Positions 11,007 to 21,444 are shown, numbered from the stretch's first letter. The stretch is DNA of 64,000 bases from an uncultured Eubacteriales bacterium (GCA_900544965.1 UQXE01000004.1:2923-66922); one strand, 5' to 3'. The notes: generated from the letters alone by a model not told the origin. Translations and numbers: made by a program.

Positions 11007-11642
11007 ATGTTTTTTGCAAGAAAAACCGGGCAGACTATAAATACAAGATTTGTGGATGTGAGGTATATAATGGAGCTCTATGCATTAATTTCAATATGCA
11101 CGGTTGTTCTGACCCTTACAAAGGTGGCGGACGGGTTTTTGCAGCGCCGAAACATAAGAATTGCTACTATAATATACTTTTTTATCTGCATTGCAGCCCT
11201 TAATATATTTGAAATATCTATCTTAAATGAAATTCTTATCAGTCCTGCAGCTTTTGCTATACCGCTTGCATTTGTGCGGCTGCCTAAAACTCATAGGTAC
11301 AAAAGGATTTTTATATTGCTCTGTGTGACACTTATATATGCGGGTATAATCAGGATAGCCCCGCCGCTTGAACTGATTATCGCCATTGCTATTGGGATTG
11401 CGTTAGCGCTGTCGGACCAAAGCGAGACCGGCTCCATGCTATGTGCATGCACAATGCCGATATTAGGAAGGACAGCGAATTTCGCATTGATGATTATAAC
11501 GGAGGGATATGGGATTCTAAGCCTGGCTGGCGCCGATTTATTAAATGCTCAGATGACTTGCATGCTCGCCGTAACCGCAACATTATTGTTAAAGGATACT
11601 TTAAAGCATAAACGCAGCTTAGGACGCCTTGCACACAGATAA
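11007..11642 (+). CDS. Hypothetical polytopic membrane protein
   Basis: Several hydrophobic helices and no recognisable motif. The start is uncertain (alternative MELY at 11070). Confidence 0.45.
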   Translation: MFFARKTGQTINTRFVDVRYIMELYALISICTVVLTLTKVADGFLQRRNIRIATIIYFFICIAALNIFEISILNEILISPAAFAIPLAFVRLPKTHRYKRIFILLCVTLIYAGIIRIAPPLELIIAIAIGIALALSDQSETGSMLCACTMPILGRTANFALMIITEGYGILSLAGADLLNAQMTCMLAVTATLLLKDTLKHKRSLGRLAHR

Positions 11643-11822
11643 GCTAAAAGATTGTTAATCTTAGATTTGTATTGTATAAAAGCACATTTATCATATATAA
11701 ACGTCATGAAGGTAAAACAATCTTACCCGAAAAAACGAGTGTTTGGCAAAAAAGTCCTGCAATGTACCAAATGGTTGCGTTGCAGGACATATGCTATTAG
11801 ATCGCCCGTTATAAGCGTCAAG

Positions 11823-12959
11823 CTATACAACTAAAAGGGTATCGCTTTTATTGAGTATTTGAGGGCTGTATAGAAACAGCACGTCGCTGTCAGGGGTGAA
11901 ATCAACGTATTCATCCAATAGGGGGCTGGCAAAATATCGGAGATCTATCAAAGTAATTTTGCTGTAGGCGCTGGTAAGCAGGGGGGCCAGGCTGCTGCCA
12001 AATGAATCGCGAAATACTATAAGCTCACGATTTCTTGCTGCGTCTGGGTTTGATATGGTTATCAGCGGCACGGCGCCCTCAAGAAACAGGTCGTAAGCGT
12101 CTATACCATTGATGGCATTTGTGTTATACATATTTGCCGATACGAATTCAAGCGTCTTTTCATCAAGCCTCAATACCTGTGCGCTGTCAATCGCGGCGCT
12201 TGTCATATACGTTATCGAGTCGGGTCTTAGATTTAGGGCGCTTTGACCATAGAACGCGCCATAAAAAGGCGACAGCGAGTTAGCCGTTAATTGACTCCAG
12301 TCAACTGAAAACCCCATTTCACTACCCAGCGCCTTTACAACCGGTTCTAAACGGGACTGATCCCAATGGAGGTCAGTTCTATAGTAATCCTCTATAGAAA
12401 GGCTGTCAAAAAGGTCTATATGGGTTATGCCGTCAAGTCCTGCCACCGTATCCCGTATGAATTCATAATCAAATGCTGGATACCCGTTTTGCTCGGCTAA
12501 GTAGTAATTCTTATCCGGAATTAGAGAGAAATAAACGTTCGTTCCGCTAAGATAATCGTCTTTGAGCTTTTCAAATTTACGTACCGCGGATAGAAACGAT
12601 TCCTCCCGCATAGTTTCAAATCTGGATACCACCCCGTCCACAATATAAATATTATGGTTATCCTTCTGGTTAAACAGGTTAAACAACACAAAGGATTTCA
12701 GCGATCTTAGTTCATCGCGCGCTACGAATTGATCAAGTACATAATCTTCAAACTCGTCCATAAATTCCGTATTCAGAAGGCTGTCCATTGTAAGATTAGG
12801 GAACTGCGCCAGCTTCCTGCGTTCGCTGGACGAAATATCATTTGGAGGCGTTATTATGTTTAAAAACATAAAAGCAAACAGTATCCCGAGAAAGACGACA
12901 GCAATTATAACATCCAAAGCTTTAAAGCGCCGCTTCGACCCGTTTTGTGATTTTTCCAT
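11823..12959 (-). CDS. DHHW-family (AlgX/AlgJ-like SGNH) extracytoplasmic acyltransferase partner
   Basis: N-terminal membrane anchor and the motif RTDLHWD in place of DHHW. It lies immediately downstream of the MBOAT gene. RBS aaggagg. Confidence 0.65.
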   Translation of the reverse strand: MEKSQNGSKRRFKALDVIIAVVFLGILFAFMFLNIITPPNDISSSERRKLAQFPNLTMDSLLNTEFMDEFEDYVLDQFVARDELRSLKSFVLFNLFNQKDNHNIYIVDGVVSRFETMREESFLSAVRKFEKLKDDYLSGTNVYFSLIPDKNYYLAEQNGYPAFDYEFIRDTVAGLDGITHIDLFDSLSIEDYYRTDLHWDQSRLEPVVKALGSEMGFSVDWSQLTANSLSPFYGAFYGQSALNLRPDSITYMTSAAIDSAQVLRLDEKTLEFVSANMYNTNAINGIDAYDLFLEGAVPLITISNPDAARNRELIVFRDSFGSSLAPLLTSAYSKITLIDLRYFASPLLDEYVDFTPDSDVLFLYSPQILNKSDTLLVV

Positions 12960-12971
12960 GTTGTTGCCTCC

Positions 12972-14381
12972 TTAAAACCTAAAATATATGAATGGGTTAA
13001 ACGACCCGTCAACAAGATACGCCGTACATACAAGCAGCAGCGCCGCCATCGCTATAGGCGTGATTACTGAGATAACGCTCGACCCCGCTCTGCTTTTAGA
13101 TATTTTATTAATAAGCATTTTGGGTAGAGGAGTACAGCCGATAACTCCCACAATCAGAAGTACTGCATAGCTCCGCAGATAGTATAGCGCATCATTGCCT
13201 ATCGCGGGATAGGCGCTAAGCCCAAACATACCGCCTATATTGCGGACGGCCTCTGACAATGTAGACGAATTAAACAATACAAAGCTTGCCAGTATCATCA
13301 GTATGGTATATAGGCGCGAAACAACGGAAGGGACTTTTGAAAGCAATTTGCTAAGAAACAGCTTTTCGGCAATGAGTAGGACCGCAAAGAACAGTCCCCA
13401 AATCACAAATGGCCATCCGGCGCCGTGCCAAAGGCCGGTGAGCATCCACACGATTAAGATATTGAATATCCACCGTGTCTTAGACGTACGGTTGCCGCCC
13501 AGTGGTATATATACGTAATCCCTAAACCAGGCGCCCAGGGATATGTGCCATCTGCGCCAGAATTCCGTGACAGTTTTAGAGATATATGGATAGTTGAAAT
13601 TTTCAAGGAATGTAAACCCAAATATACGCCCAAGCCCTATCGCCATATCGCTGTATCCTGAAAAATCAAAGTAAATATGAAGCGCGAAAGCAATGGCATA
13701 CATCCAGAAGAACAATAAGCTTTTATCGTTTGAGGCTTTAAATATTTCACATAGCTCGCCCATTGTATTTGCGAGAAGCACTTTTTTGCTAAGCCCTATT
13801 ATAAAGCGCGCTGAGCCTTTGGAAAAACCGGATAGTGAATGAGTGCGCGACTCCAGTTCCTGCGCAACCGTAGAATATCTAACTATGGGTCCTGCGATTA
13901 GCTGTGGGAACAGGGCTACATATGTAGCAAGCTTGATAAAGCTTTTCTGAACTTTTGTCTGCCCACGATAAAGGTCTATGATATAGCTTAGCAGCTGGAA
14001 GGTATAAAAACTGATGCCTATTGGCAGCGCAAGTTTTAATAATGGAATTTTTGCGTTTAAAACCCCGTTTAGAGTGTCAATGATAAAATCAGCATATTTA
14101 AATACAATAAGCAGCCCCAAGCTTATAACTATAGCGGAAATAAGCGCGGCCTTTGACCATTTGGTTCCGCGATAGCGGTCGATAATCAGCCCATGAACGT
14201 ATCCGGAGATTACGGAGGCAACAAGCAGTATGGTATAGGATGGTTCGCCCCAAAAATAGAATAGCAGGCTTGCCAGCAATAGGACTACATTTTTTCCCTT
14301 TCGAGGCGTGAGGAAATAAACCACTAAGAGGATGGGTAGAAAGTAATAAAGAAAGCTGATGCTGGAAAAAAGCATAGGCAC
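12972..14381 (-). CDS. MBOAT family O-acyltransferase (AlgI/DltB/PatA-like)
   Basis: 469 aa, polytopic. Typical N-terminus MLFSS..FL.YFLP and the conserved FWRRWHISL histidine motif are present. Confidence 0.9.
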   Translation of the reverse strand: MPMLFSSISFLYYFLPILLVVYFLTPRKGKNVVLLLASLLFYFWGEPSYTILLVASVISGYVHGLIIDRYRGTKWSKAALISAIVISLGLLIVFKYADFIIDTLNGVLNAKIPLLKLALPIGISFYTFQLLSYIIDLYRGQTKVQKSFIKLATYVALFPQLIAGPIVRYSTVAQELESRTHSLSGFSKGSARFIIGLSKKVLLANTMGELCEIFKASNDKSLLFFWMYAIAFALHIYFDFSGYSDMAIGLGRIFGFTFLENFNYPYISKTVTEFWRRWHISLGAWFRDYVYIPLGGNRTSKTRWIFNILIVWMLTGLWHGAGWPFVIWGLFFAVLLIAEKLFLSKLLSKVPSVVSRLYTILMILASFVLFNSSTLSEAVRNIGGMFGLSAYPAIGNDALYYLRSYAVLLIVGVIGCTPLPKMLINKISKSRAGSSVISVITPIAMAALLLVCTAYLVDGSFNPFIYFRF

Positions 14382-14459
14382 CTCTGGGAGAGTTCATTCT
14401 AGTCCGCTTATAAGATTTGTGCCGGACGGGCACCCGTCCGGCACGCTGTGAATCAGAAT

Positions 14460-15059
14460 TTATTCGACGGGGATGGCTACCATTTCGCCGATGTTTTCTC
14501 CGGCTATTGCCTTAAATTCGTTGTACAGGGCGTCAGCATAGTCTTTAAAAGAAGCAACAAGCATTACATAGGTTCCTGAATCAACTACAAAAACCTTTTC
14601 AGGCATTACGCATACCCAGCGCCGCACGTCAAAGTTATCCTTCATGGCTAGCTTAATTGTTTCGGCTGATTCGACATCCTTGCATTTTACCAGCACAGCT
14701 ATGTGTGCTACGGAAGTCATCATCGCGGAGGAGACGACGCTGTCCTCAACAAGGGATTCCAGCTGCTCAGCGCTTATTCCGGCCATACCAAGCGAATTTT
14801 CAGCGTCAAGGGGAACCTCCATTGTTGAAACCTCGCTGTCGCCTGCTTTTTCAAGTATTGATGCAAGTACATCAGCGGCTGAACCAGTGATTGAGTCCAC
14901 GGGCGCCGGAGTAGCCGTAGGGGTGGCCTCGGGCATGGGGCTGGGCGAATTGGTGTTATTGGGTTTTGCGCTGCCGCTTGGGTCGCCGCCTTCGCTAGTA
15001 CAGGCGGTGGCTGCAACCAAAAATACGCAGCACAGGAGTATTGAAATAATCTTTTTCAT
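14460..15059 (-). CDS. Lipoprotein, DUF4358-like
   Basis: The start was moved to MKKIISILLCCVFLVAATAC (lipobox AATAC). A Pro/Thr-rich linker follows. This is the first gene of the apparent operon with MBOAT and DHHW. Confidence 0.6.
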   Translation of the reverse strand: MKKIISILLCCVFLVAATACTSEGGDPSGSAKPNNTNSPSPMPEATPTATPAPVDSITGSAADVLASILEKAGDSEVSTMEVPLDAENSLGMAGISAEQLESLVEDSVVSSAMMTSVAHIAVLVKCKDVESAETIKLAMKDNFDVRRWVCVMPEKVFVVDSGTYVMLVASFKDYADALYNEFKAIAGENIGEMVAIPVE

Positions 15060-15277
15060 CAATAGGGTTATCCTTTCTAGTTCTATTTGGAATTTCCACA
15101 AGTAGAACGATGGTGAAGTTATAAAGGTTCCATGGCAAATTAAGATATATTAATCAATCTAAGGATGCGGAGATACATGGCGCTTTGAATTACATATAGT
15201 GAAAGATCTTTTCTGTAATATATGAATGTCGAGAATTATATAAAATCAATTTAAAATTAAAAATTTTTAGCTAGGTA

Positions 15278-15305
15278 TTGACATTGGTTAAATAACAAAT
15301 ATAAT
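15278..15305 (+). promoter_or_regulatory. Predicted sigma-A promoter of the fab operon
   Basis: TTGACA (15278-15283), a 16-nt spacer and TATAAT (15300-15305), about 50 nt upstream of the MarR gene. Confidence 0.55.
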
Positions 15306-15354
15306 TAATTAAACTAACTAACTTAATGCAAGGGGAAAGGCTGGGAAGCTTCCT

Positions 15355-15867
15355 ATGTTGGACTCATACGCCAGTAAGCTTAACGACATAGTCATTAGCA
15401 TATACGACTCTGTTCAGAGGGTTGAAGAACAGATGCTGAGCAAAAGCGTCCCCAACCTTTCTATAAGCGAACTTCATATATTAGAAACCGTTTGGAAGCT
15501 GCGCGATAGTGGATGTTCGATAAGTGACATTGCGTTAGAACATCAGGTTACGCTTCCGTCGATGACCGTTGCTGTGAAAAAACTTGAGAAAAAGGGGTTT
15601 ATCGAAAAGTTACGCTCTGAAACGGACGGCCGTGTTATATACGTAAAGCTGACGCGCATGGGGCAAAAGGTAAATGCGATGCATCGTTACTTCCATGAAC
15701 ATATGATACGGTCATTTCTCCGCGATATAGACGATAACCAGCGCCCCGTTCTTATGTCCGCCCTGCAGAACATGAACGACTTTTTGCATAAACAGCTTAT
15801 GCAATCCGATTCTAATAAAATTTGCCCACCGGAAGTGAAAAACGGCGAGACAAGGAGAAAGTTATAA
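15355..15867 (+). CDS. fabT: MarR-family transcriptional regulator, FabT-like by position
   Basis: Winged-HTH MarR pattern. It sits directly upstream of fabH with a TAATG stop/start overlap, as in the streptococcal fab cluster. Confidence 0.7.
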   Translation: MLDSYASKLNDIVISIYDSVQRVEEQMLSKSVPNLSISELHILETVWKLRDSGCSISDIALEHQVTLPSMTVAVKKLEKKGFIEKLRSETDGRVIYVKLTRMGQKVNAMHRYFHEHMIRSFLRDIDDNQRPVLMSALQNMNDFLHKQLMQSDSNKICPPEVKNGETRRKL

Positions 15868-16811
15868 TGCGTATCATTGGAACCGGAAGTGCGGTACCGG
15901 ACTTTATAGTAAAAAACGAGGCGTTCGAGACGTTTCTCGACACCAGCGACGAGTGGATTACAACGCGAACCGGAATCCACGAACGCCGTATACATGAGGG
16001 CAACCTTGAACAGTTAGCGGCGATAGCCGCGAAAAGAGCCCTTGAGGACGCTGGACTTTTGCCTTGCGATATAGACTTCATAATATGCTCAAATGTGTAC
16101 AGCAGGTTTATGACCCCAGCGCTAAGCTGCGTGGTGCAGGGTCTTATAGGGGCGGGCTGTCCCTGTCTGGATATAAACGGGGCGTGCGCGGGATTTATTT
16201 ATGCCCTTGAGATGGCCAATGCTTATCTTAAACATGGAAGCTATAAAAATATTCTTGTGCTCAGCGCCGAGGAACCAAGCCGCATGGCCGATTGGACCGA
16301 CCGTTCCACATGCGTGCTATTTGGTGACGCGGCGGCGGCGGCGGTTGTAACCTCTGGCGGATTTGAATGCCTGTTTAGCATGCATACGGAATCCAACGTT
16401 GAATTTTTACATGCGTACAATAGCCCTGGCAACTGCCCGTTTGAGAGGACAGGCAGAAAACATGAGGCGGTATATATGAATGGCCGCGAGGTATACAAGT
16501 TTGCGGTAAACGCGGCGACCAATGATATAACCGCGCTTTGTTCGAACGCCGGAGTAAAGCTGTGCAAGGTGGATTGGTTTATACTCCATCAGGCTAACCT
16601 GCGAATATTGGACGCGGTGCGAGCCCGGCTTACTCAACCCAAGGAAAAATTCCCGCATAACATGGAGCGGTTTGGAAACACCTCGTCGGCAGGCGTCCCG
16701 CTGATGCTCGACCAGCTCAATAGAGATGGTGCGCTCAACCGTGGCGACGTAATTGCCATGAGCGCGTTTGGCGCTGGACTTACGACAGGGGCGTGCCTTA
16801 TGCGTTGGTAA
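15867..16811 (+). CDS. fabH: 3-oxoacyl-ACP synthase III
   Basis: The start was moved to MRIIGTGSAVPD. The active-site context ACAGF and a C-terminal GAGLT are present. Confidence 0.9.
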   Translation: MRIIGTGSAVPDFIVKNEAFETFLDTSDEWITTRTGIHERRIHEGNLEQLAAIAAKRALEDAGLLPCDIDFIICSNVYSRFMTPALSCVVQGLIGAGCPCLDINGACAGFIYALEMANAYLKHGSYKNILVLSAEEPSRMADWTDRSTCVLFGDAAAAAVVTSGGFECLFSMHTESNVEFLHAYNSPGNCPFERTGRKHEAVYMNGREVYKFAVNAATNDITALCSNAGVKLCKVDWFILHQANLRILDAVRARLTQPKEKFPHNMERFGNTSSAGVPLMLDQLNRDGALNRGDVIAMSAFGAGLTTGACLMRW

Positions 16812-16854
16812 CGCAATAATTACTATAGATCAAATTTTATTGGAGGATATAAAA

Positions 16855-17070
16855 ATGGTTTTTGAAAGAGTAGCAAAGATTCTAGCTTCTTACAAGGATG
16901 TTGACGCGTCTACAATCGATATTGACGCGAGCTTTGGCGATCTGGGCCTTGATTCGCTCGACACCGTTGAAATCGTGATGAGCCTTGAGGATGAGTTCGG
17001 GATAGAAATTGAGATGAACGAATCGCTTAAAACCGTACGTGACCTTGTAAATTTGATAGAGGGAAAATAA
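16855..17070 (+). CDS. acpP: Acyl carrier protein
   Basis: 71 aa with the phosphopantetheine attachment motif LGLDSLD. RBS ggagg. Confidence 0.95.
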   Translation: MVFERVAKILASYKDVDASTIDIDASFGDLGLDSLDTVEIVMSLEDEFGIEIEMNESLKTVRDLVNLIEGK

Positions 17071-17071
17071 G

Positions 17072-18034
17072 ATGATCAAAACACCTGTCTGTGACATGCT
17101 TGGCATTAAATATCCGGTCTTTCAGGGCGGCATGGCATGGGTTTCGGACTCCTCACTCGCTTCCGCCGTATCAAATGCGGGTGGATTGGGCGTAATAGCG
17201 GCGATGAACATGGACGGATCATATCTGAAGGATGAGATTGACAGATGCCGTGAGCTTCTGGAGGACGACAAAATCCCCTTTGGCGTTAACGTTATGCTTA
17301 TGAGCCCGTTTGCTGACGAAGTGGCCGGTACAGTTATTGAAAAACAGGTTCCGGTTGTGATAACGGGAGCAGGCATGCCGTCAAAATATATAAAGGATTG
17401 GGTGGCGGCGGGAATAAAGGTAATTCCCGTAGTTCCTTCCACGGCAATAGCGCGGATGGTAGTCCGCATGGGCGCCATGGCTGTAATAGCCGAAGGGGGA
17501 GAAAGCGGGGGGCATGTCGGTGATTTAACGACAATGACGCTCGTTCCTCAAGTGGCGGACGCGGTGGACGTACCGGTAATCGCCGCCGGAGGCATAGCCG
17601 ACGGACGGGGAGTCGCCGCGGCGCTAATGCTTGGCGCCCAGGGGGTTCAGTGCGGGACAAGGTTTCTTACGGCATATGAATGTACCGTTCATAAAAACTA
17701 CAAGAAAAAAATAATAGACGCAAAGGACATAGATACCGTAGTTACCGGAAGAAGGCTTGGTCATCCCGTAAGGGCGCTTAGAAACCAGTTCTGCAATAGA
17801 TTCAAAGAGCTGGAGCATGATACGTCCATCACTATCGAGGAAATAGAGAGGTTTGGAGCCGGTTCTCTGCGCCGTGCCGCCAAGGATGGGGACGTAGTGG
17901 AAGGAAGCGTGATGGCGGGGCAATGCGCGTCAATGGTCAAGGATGAAAAAAGCGCAAAGGAAATAATCGAGTCCATGTTTCAGCAGGCTGAAATGGTACT
18001 GAAACAATCGGCTGAACTCTTAGTGGAGCAATAA
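17072..18034 (+). CDS. fabK: Enoyl-ACP reductase II (FMN-dependent, nitronate monooxygenase fold)
   Basis: N-terminus KYPVFQGGMAWV and a position between acpP and fabD. Confidence 0.85.
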   Translation: MIKTPVCDMLGIKYPVFQGGMAWVSDSSLASAVSNAGGLGVIAAMNMDGSYLKDEIDRCRELLEDDKIPFGVNVMLMSPFADEVAGTVIEKQVPVVITGAGMPSKYIKDWVAAGIKVIPVVPSTAIARMVVRMGAMAVIAEGGESGGHVGDLTTMTLVPQVADAVDVPVIAAGGIADGRGVAAALMLGAQGVQCGTRFLTAYECTVHKNYKKKIIDAKDIDTVVTGRRLGHPVRALRNQFCNRFKELEHDTSITIEEIERFGAGSLRRAAKDGDVVEGSVMAGQCASMVKDEKSAKEIIESMFQQAEMVLKQSAELLVEQ

Positions 18035-18036
18035 AG

Positions 18037-18960
18037 ATGAATAAGACCGTATTCCTGTTTACAGGCCAGGGGGCCCAGTATCCCGGGATGGGAAAAAGCC
18101 TATATGACAGCGTTCCGGCAGCTAGAAAGATATTTGCTGAGGCGGAGTGCATGAGGCCTGGAATAATTGAGCTGTGTTTTGAAGGAAACGCTGAAGAACT
18201 ATCATTGACGCAAAACACGCAGCCGTGCCTGTTTGTGGTCGATTGCGCCTGCGCGGCCGCGCTTGAAAGCGCGGGTGTGAAGGCGGAAGCGGCGGCCGGC
18301 TTTTCCCTAGGGGAGCTGGCGGCCGTTGCGTTTGGCGGAATTTTGTCGTTCCAGAACGCATTCAAATTGGTTTGTGAAAGGGCAAGGCTAATGATGGCTG
18401 CGGCCCAAGAACATCCAGGGGCGATGACCGCGGTTTTAAAGCTGGATGCTGAAACGGTTGAGAGAATAGCCCAAAGCTATAATAATGTATTTCCGGTAAA
18501 TTACAACTGTCCCGGGCAGACGGTCGTTTCCGGAAGCCATGATGAGCTGGCCGCATTTGAAGAGGAGGTAGCGGAGCACAGGGGGCGTTGTATGCGCTTA
18601 AGGGTCAGCGGCGGTTTTCATTCGCCGTTTATGAGCGAGGCGGCGAAAGGACTTCGCTGGTATCTTAACAGCCTTGATTTTAATAAGCCCAGAATACCCG
18701 TCTACTCAAATGTTACGGCAAACGAGTATGGCGACGCGTCCGACCTGATTTCAGCACAAATAATGAGGCCGGTACTCTGGCAAAGAACGATAGAAAATCT
18801 GCTTAAAGACGGGTTTACCGACTTTATCGAAGTTGGGGCGGGTAAAACACTGAGCGGATTTATGAAAAAAATCGGGGCAGCGCGTATGATTTCAAACGTT
18901 GAGGATGAGCCGTCCCTCGAAAACACATTGTCGCTGTTGAGGGAGGTCAGGGATGCTTAA
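18037..18960 (+). CDS. fabD: Malonyl-CoA:ACP transacylase
   Basis: Motifs FLFTGQGAQ and GFSLGE (active-site Ser) are present. Confidence 0.95.
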   Translation: MNKTVFLFTGQGAQYPGMGKSLYDSVPAARKIFAEAECMRPGIIELCFEGNAEELSLTQNTQPCLFVVDCACAAALESAGVKAEAAAGFSLGELAAVAFGGILSFQNAFKLVCERARLMMAAAQEHPGAMTAVLKLDAETVERIAQSYNNVFPVNYNCPGQTVVSGSHDELAAFEEEVAEHRGRCMRLRVSGGFHSPFMSEAAKGLRWYLNSLDFNKPRIPVYSNVTANEYGDASDLISAQIMRPVLWQRTIENLLKDGFTDFIEVGAGKTLSGFMKKIGAARMISNVEDEPSLENTLSLLREVRDA

Positions 18961-19693
18961 AGGTAAGGTAGCGCTGATAACGGGCGCTTCACGCGGCATC
19001 GGGAGAGCTATAGCCGTTGAACTTGCGTCGCTGGGCGCCGATATAGCGATAGTATACGCTGGAAACCACCGGTCCGCCCTTGAAACAAAAGAACTGGCCG
19101 AGGTTCATGGCATAAGGGCTATGTGCTTTAAGTGCGATGTTTCAGATTATAATGAAGTTGAATCAATGGTTAAATCTGTAAAAGAAACGCTTGGTCCGAT
19201 ATATGCCTTAATAAATAATGCGGGAATAACGAGGGATAAATTGGCTCTGCAGATGCACGAGGCGGATTTTGACAGCGTTATAAGCGTAAACCTAAAGGGC
19301 GCGTTTAATCTTATTAGGCACTGTTACAGCGGATTTGTCAGGCAGCGCGGCGGCAGGATTGTAAATATTTCGTCGGTCGTTGGAATTATGGGCAATGCGG
19401 GGCAGTCGAACTATGCCGCGTCAAAAGCAGGGCTCATAGGACTGACGAAAAGCGTTGCAAAGGAGCTGGCGTCGCGCGGCGTAACCTGTAACGCGGTGGC
19501 TCCTGGAATGGTTGAGACGGATATGACTGCATCAATGACGGATACAGCCAAGTCGGAGCTTGTTAATTCAATACCTGCCCGACGTGCCGGAAGGCCTGAA
19601 GAGGTCGCCGCCCTGGTTGGATTTTTATTGTCCGACGCCGCGTCATATATCACTGGCGCCGTTATACCCGTTGACGGCGGCCTATGCATGTAA
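18953..19693 (+). CDS. fabG: 3-oxoacyl-ACP reductase
   Basis: SDR motifs TGASRGIG, NNAG and YAASKAG are present. Confidence 0.95.
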   Translation: MLKGKVALITGASRGIGRAIAVELASLGADIAIVYAGNHRSALETKELAEVHGIRAMCFKCDVSDYNEVESMVKSVKETLGPIYALINNAGITRDKLALQMHEADFDSVISVNLKGAFNLIRHCYSGFVRQRGGRIVNISSVVGIMGNAGQSNYAASKAGLIGLTKSVAKELASRGVTCNAVAPGMVETDMTASMTDTAKSELVNSIPARRAGRPEEVAALVGFLLSDAASYITGAVIPVDGGLCM

Positions 19694-19712
19694 TTTTAAG
19701 GGGGTAAGTCAA

Positions 19713-20963
19713 ATGAGAAGGGTTGTAATAACCGGAATGGGCGTTATATCTCCTGTTGGATGCGATGTGGAGACCTGTTGGAAAAACCTGCGCTCTGCCC
19801 GTTCAGGTATTGGCATGCTTAATTCCTTTGATACAAGGGATTATAAGGTCAAGGTTGCCGCAGAGGTAAAGGGGTTTGACCCAACGGATTTTGGTATGGA
19901 CGTTCCATCCGCCCGGCGAATGGATTTATATTCTCAATATGCCATGGCCGCGGCCAAACAGGCGGTTGACGACAGCAAAATCGTGGGAAATATAGATCAG
20001 GAGCGCTTTGGGGTATATGTTGGAAGCGGCATCGGGGGCATGCGGACATTTGTAAGCGAGACGGAAAAGCTTATAAGCCGCGGCCCAGGCCGCATATCCC
20101 CCTTTTTCATCCCAATGATGATAGGCAATATGGCGGCTGGGAACATTGCCATGGAATACGGCGCGCAGGGGCCGTGCCTGCCAGTGGTGACGGCGTGCGC
20201 ATCGTCCACCCACGCCATTGGCGAGGCGTTTCGCGCGATACGCCATGGATATGCCGACGCTGTAATCGCGGGCGGCGCCGAGGCGGCGATTACGCCGCTG
20301 TCAGTAGCCGGATTTACAAGCTGCCAGGCACTAAGCCTCTCGAATAGCCCTGACGAGGCGTCGCTTCCGTTTGACGCGCGCAGAAGCGGCTTTGTAATCG
20401 GCGAAGGCGCGGGCATAGTGGTGCTAGAGGAATACGAACACGCCAGGCAGCGTGGGGCCAGGGCATATGCGGAGATTTGCGGATATGGCAACACATGCGA
20501 CGCATATCACGTTACCGCCCCTAGGCCCGATGGCGTATCAGCTGCGCGTTCAATATCAATGGCTATAAGTGAGGCCAAAATTACCGGTGACGATACCGTG
20601 TATATAAATGCGCACGGAACAGGCACCCCCTTGAACGATTCATCGGAAACCGCCGCCATCAAGCTTGCCATGGGCGAGCGCAATGCACGGCAGGCTATGA
20701 TCAGTTCGACAAAAAGCATGATGGGCCATATGCTGGGCGCTGCCGGCGCTGTTGAGGCGATTGTATCCACGCTTGCGTTAAGGGACGGAATCGCGCCTCC
20801 AACTATTAATTATAGGGAATGCGATCCTTTATGCGATCTGGATTATGTCCCAAATACTCCGAGGAAAGCGAACATAACGGCGGCGCTCTCCATATCGCTT
20901 GGCTTTGGCGGTCACAACGGCTGCCTGGCGCTGCGCACTATGGGAGGCACAGATGAACATTAA
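19713..20963 (+). CDS. fabF: 3-oxoacyl-ACP synthase II
   Basis: The start was moved to MRRVVITGMGVISP, which follows the RBS aaggggg. ACASS (active-site Cys) and the HGTGT and GHxLGAAG motifs are present. Confidence 0.95.
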   Translation: MRRVVITGMGVISPVGCDVETCWKNLRSARSGIGMLNSFDTRDYKVKVAAEVKGFDPTDFGMDVPSARRMDLYSQYAMAAAKQAVDDSKIVGNIDQERFGVYVGSGIGGMRTFVSETEKLISRGPGRISPFFIPMMIGNMAAGNIAMEYGAQGPCLPVVTACASSTHAIGEAFRAIRHGYADAVIAGGAEAAITPLSVAGFTSCQALSLSNSPDEASLPFDARRSGFVIGEGAGIVVLEEYEHARQRGARAYAEICGYGNTCDAYHVTAPRPDGVSAARSISMAISEAKITGDDTVYINAHGTGTPLNDSSETAAIKLAMGERNARQAMISSTKSMMGHMLGAAGAVEAIVSTLALRDGIAPPTINYRECDPLCDLDYVPNTPRKANITAALSISLGFGGHNGCLALRTMGGTDEH

Positions 20964-21411
20964 AACGATCAGGGAGCTTGCGAAAATACTGAAGGATACC
21001 AATCTGACCGCATTGGAACTCGTTGAAGGGGAAACGCGCATACGTCTTGAGCGTTCCCCAAATACACAGCCGCCTATGCAGACGGATACCGCTATTAACG
21101 GGTCGATTCAAGCCGGGCGTCAGGAGCCATATACCATTCCGGGGGGAGACGGCGACCCAGGAATGGACTTTAACGACGTCTACGCGGTAGCATCCCCTAT
21201 GGTGGGGGTGTTCTATGCTGCTCCAGCCCCGGGCAAAGAGCCGTATGTGAGGACTGGAAGCAGGGTTAAAAAGGGCGATATCCTATGCATTATTGAGGCA
21301 ATGAAGCTGATGAACGAGATAACAGCGGAGCGCGACGGTGAAATCGTGGATATATGCGCCAATGATGGAGATGTGGTCGAGTTTGGGCAGACATTGTTTA
21401 AGATTTATTGA
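20953..21411 (+). CDS. accB: Biotin carboxyl carrier protein of acetyl-CoA carboxylase
   Basis: The start was moved to MNIKTIREL. The biotinylation motif EAMKLMNEI is present. Confidence 0.9.
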   Translation: MNIKTIRELAKILKDTNLTALELVEGETRIRLERSPNTQPPMQTDTAINGSIQAGRQEPYTIPGGDGDPGMDFNDVYAVASPMVGVFYAAPAPGKEPYVRTGSRVKKGDILCIIEAMKLMNEITAERDGEIVDICANDGDVVEFGQTLFKIY

Positions 21412-21444
21412 TACAATTTAGCAATACGGCAGTTGGAGGGTAGC

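Noticed and set aside
11652-11834. 60-aa ORF between the membrane protein gene and the DHHW gene. Similar small intergenic ORFs lie at 32889-33125 and 38325-38588.
   Set aside because: They are short, have no RBS, and overlap terminators or the ends of convergent genes. They are most likely chance ORFs.
19560-19712. Upstream extensions of fabF (19560), fabH (15822), acpP (16768), accB (20899) and accA (24064) given by the ORF track
   Set aside because: The extensions overlap the preceding genes. Internal ATGs with proper RBS spacing reproduce the canonical N-termini of these families.
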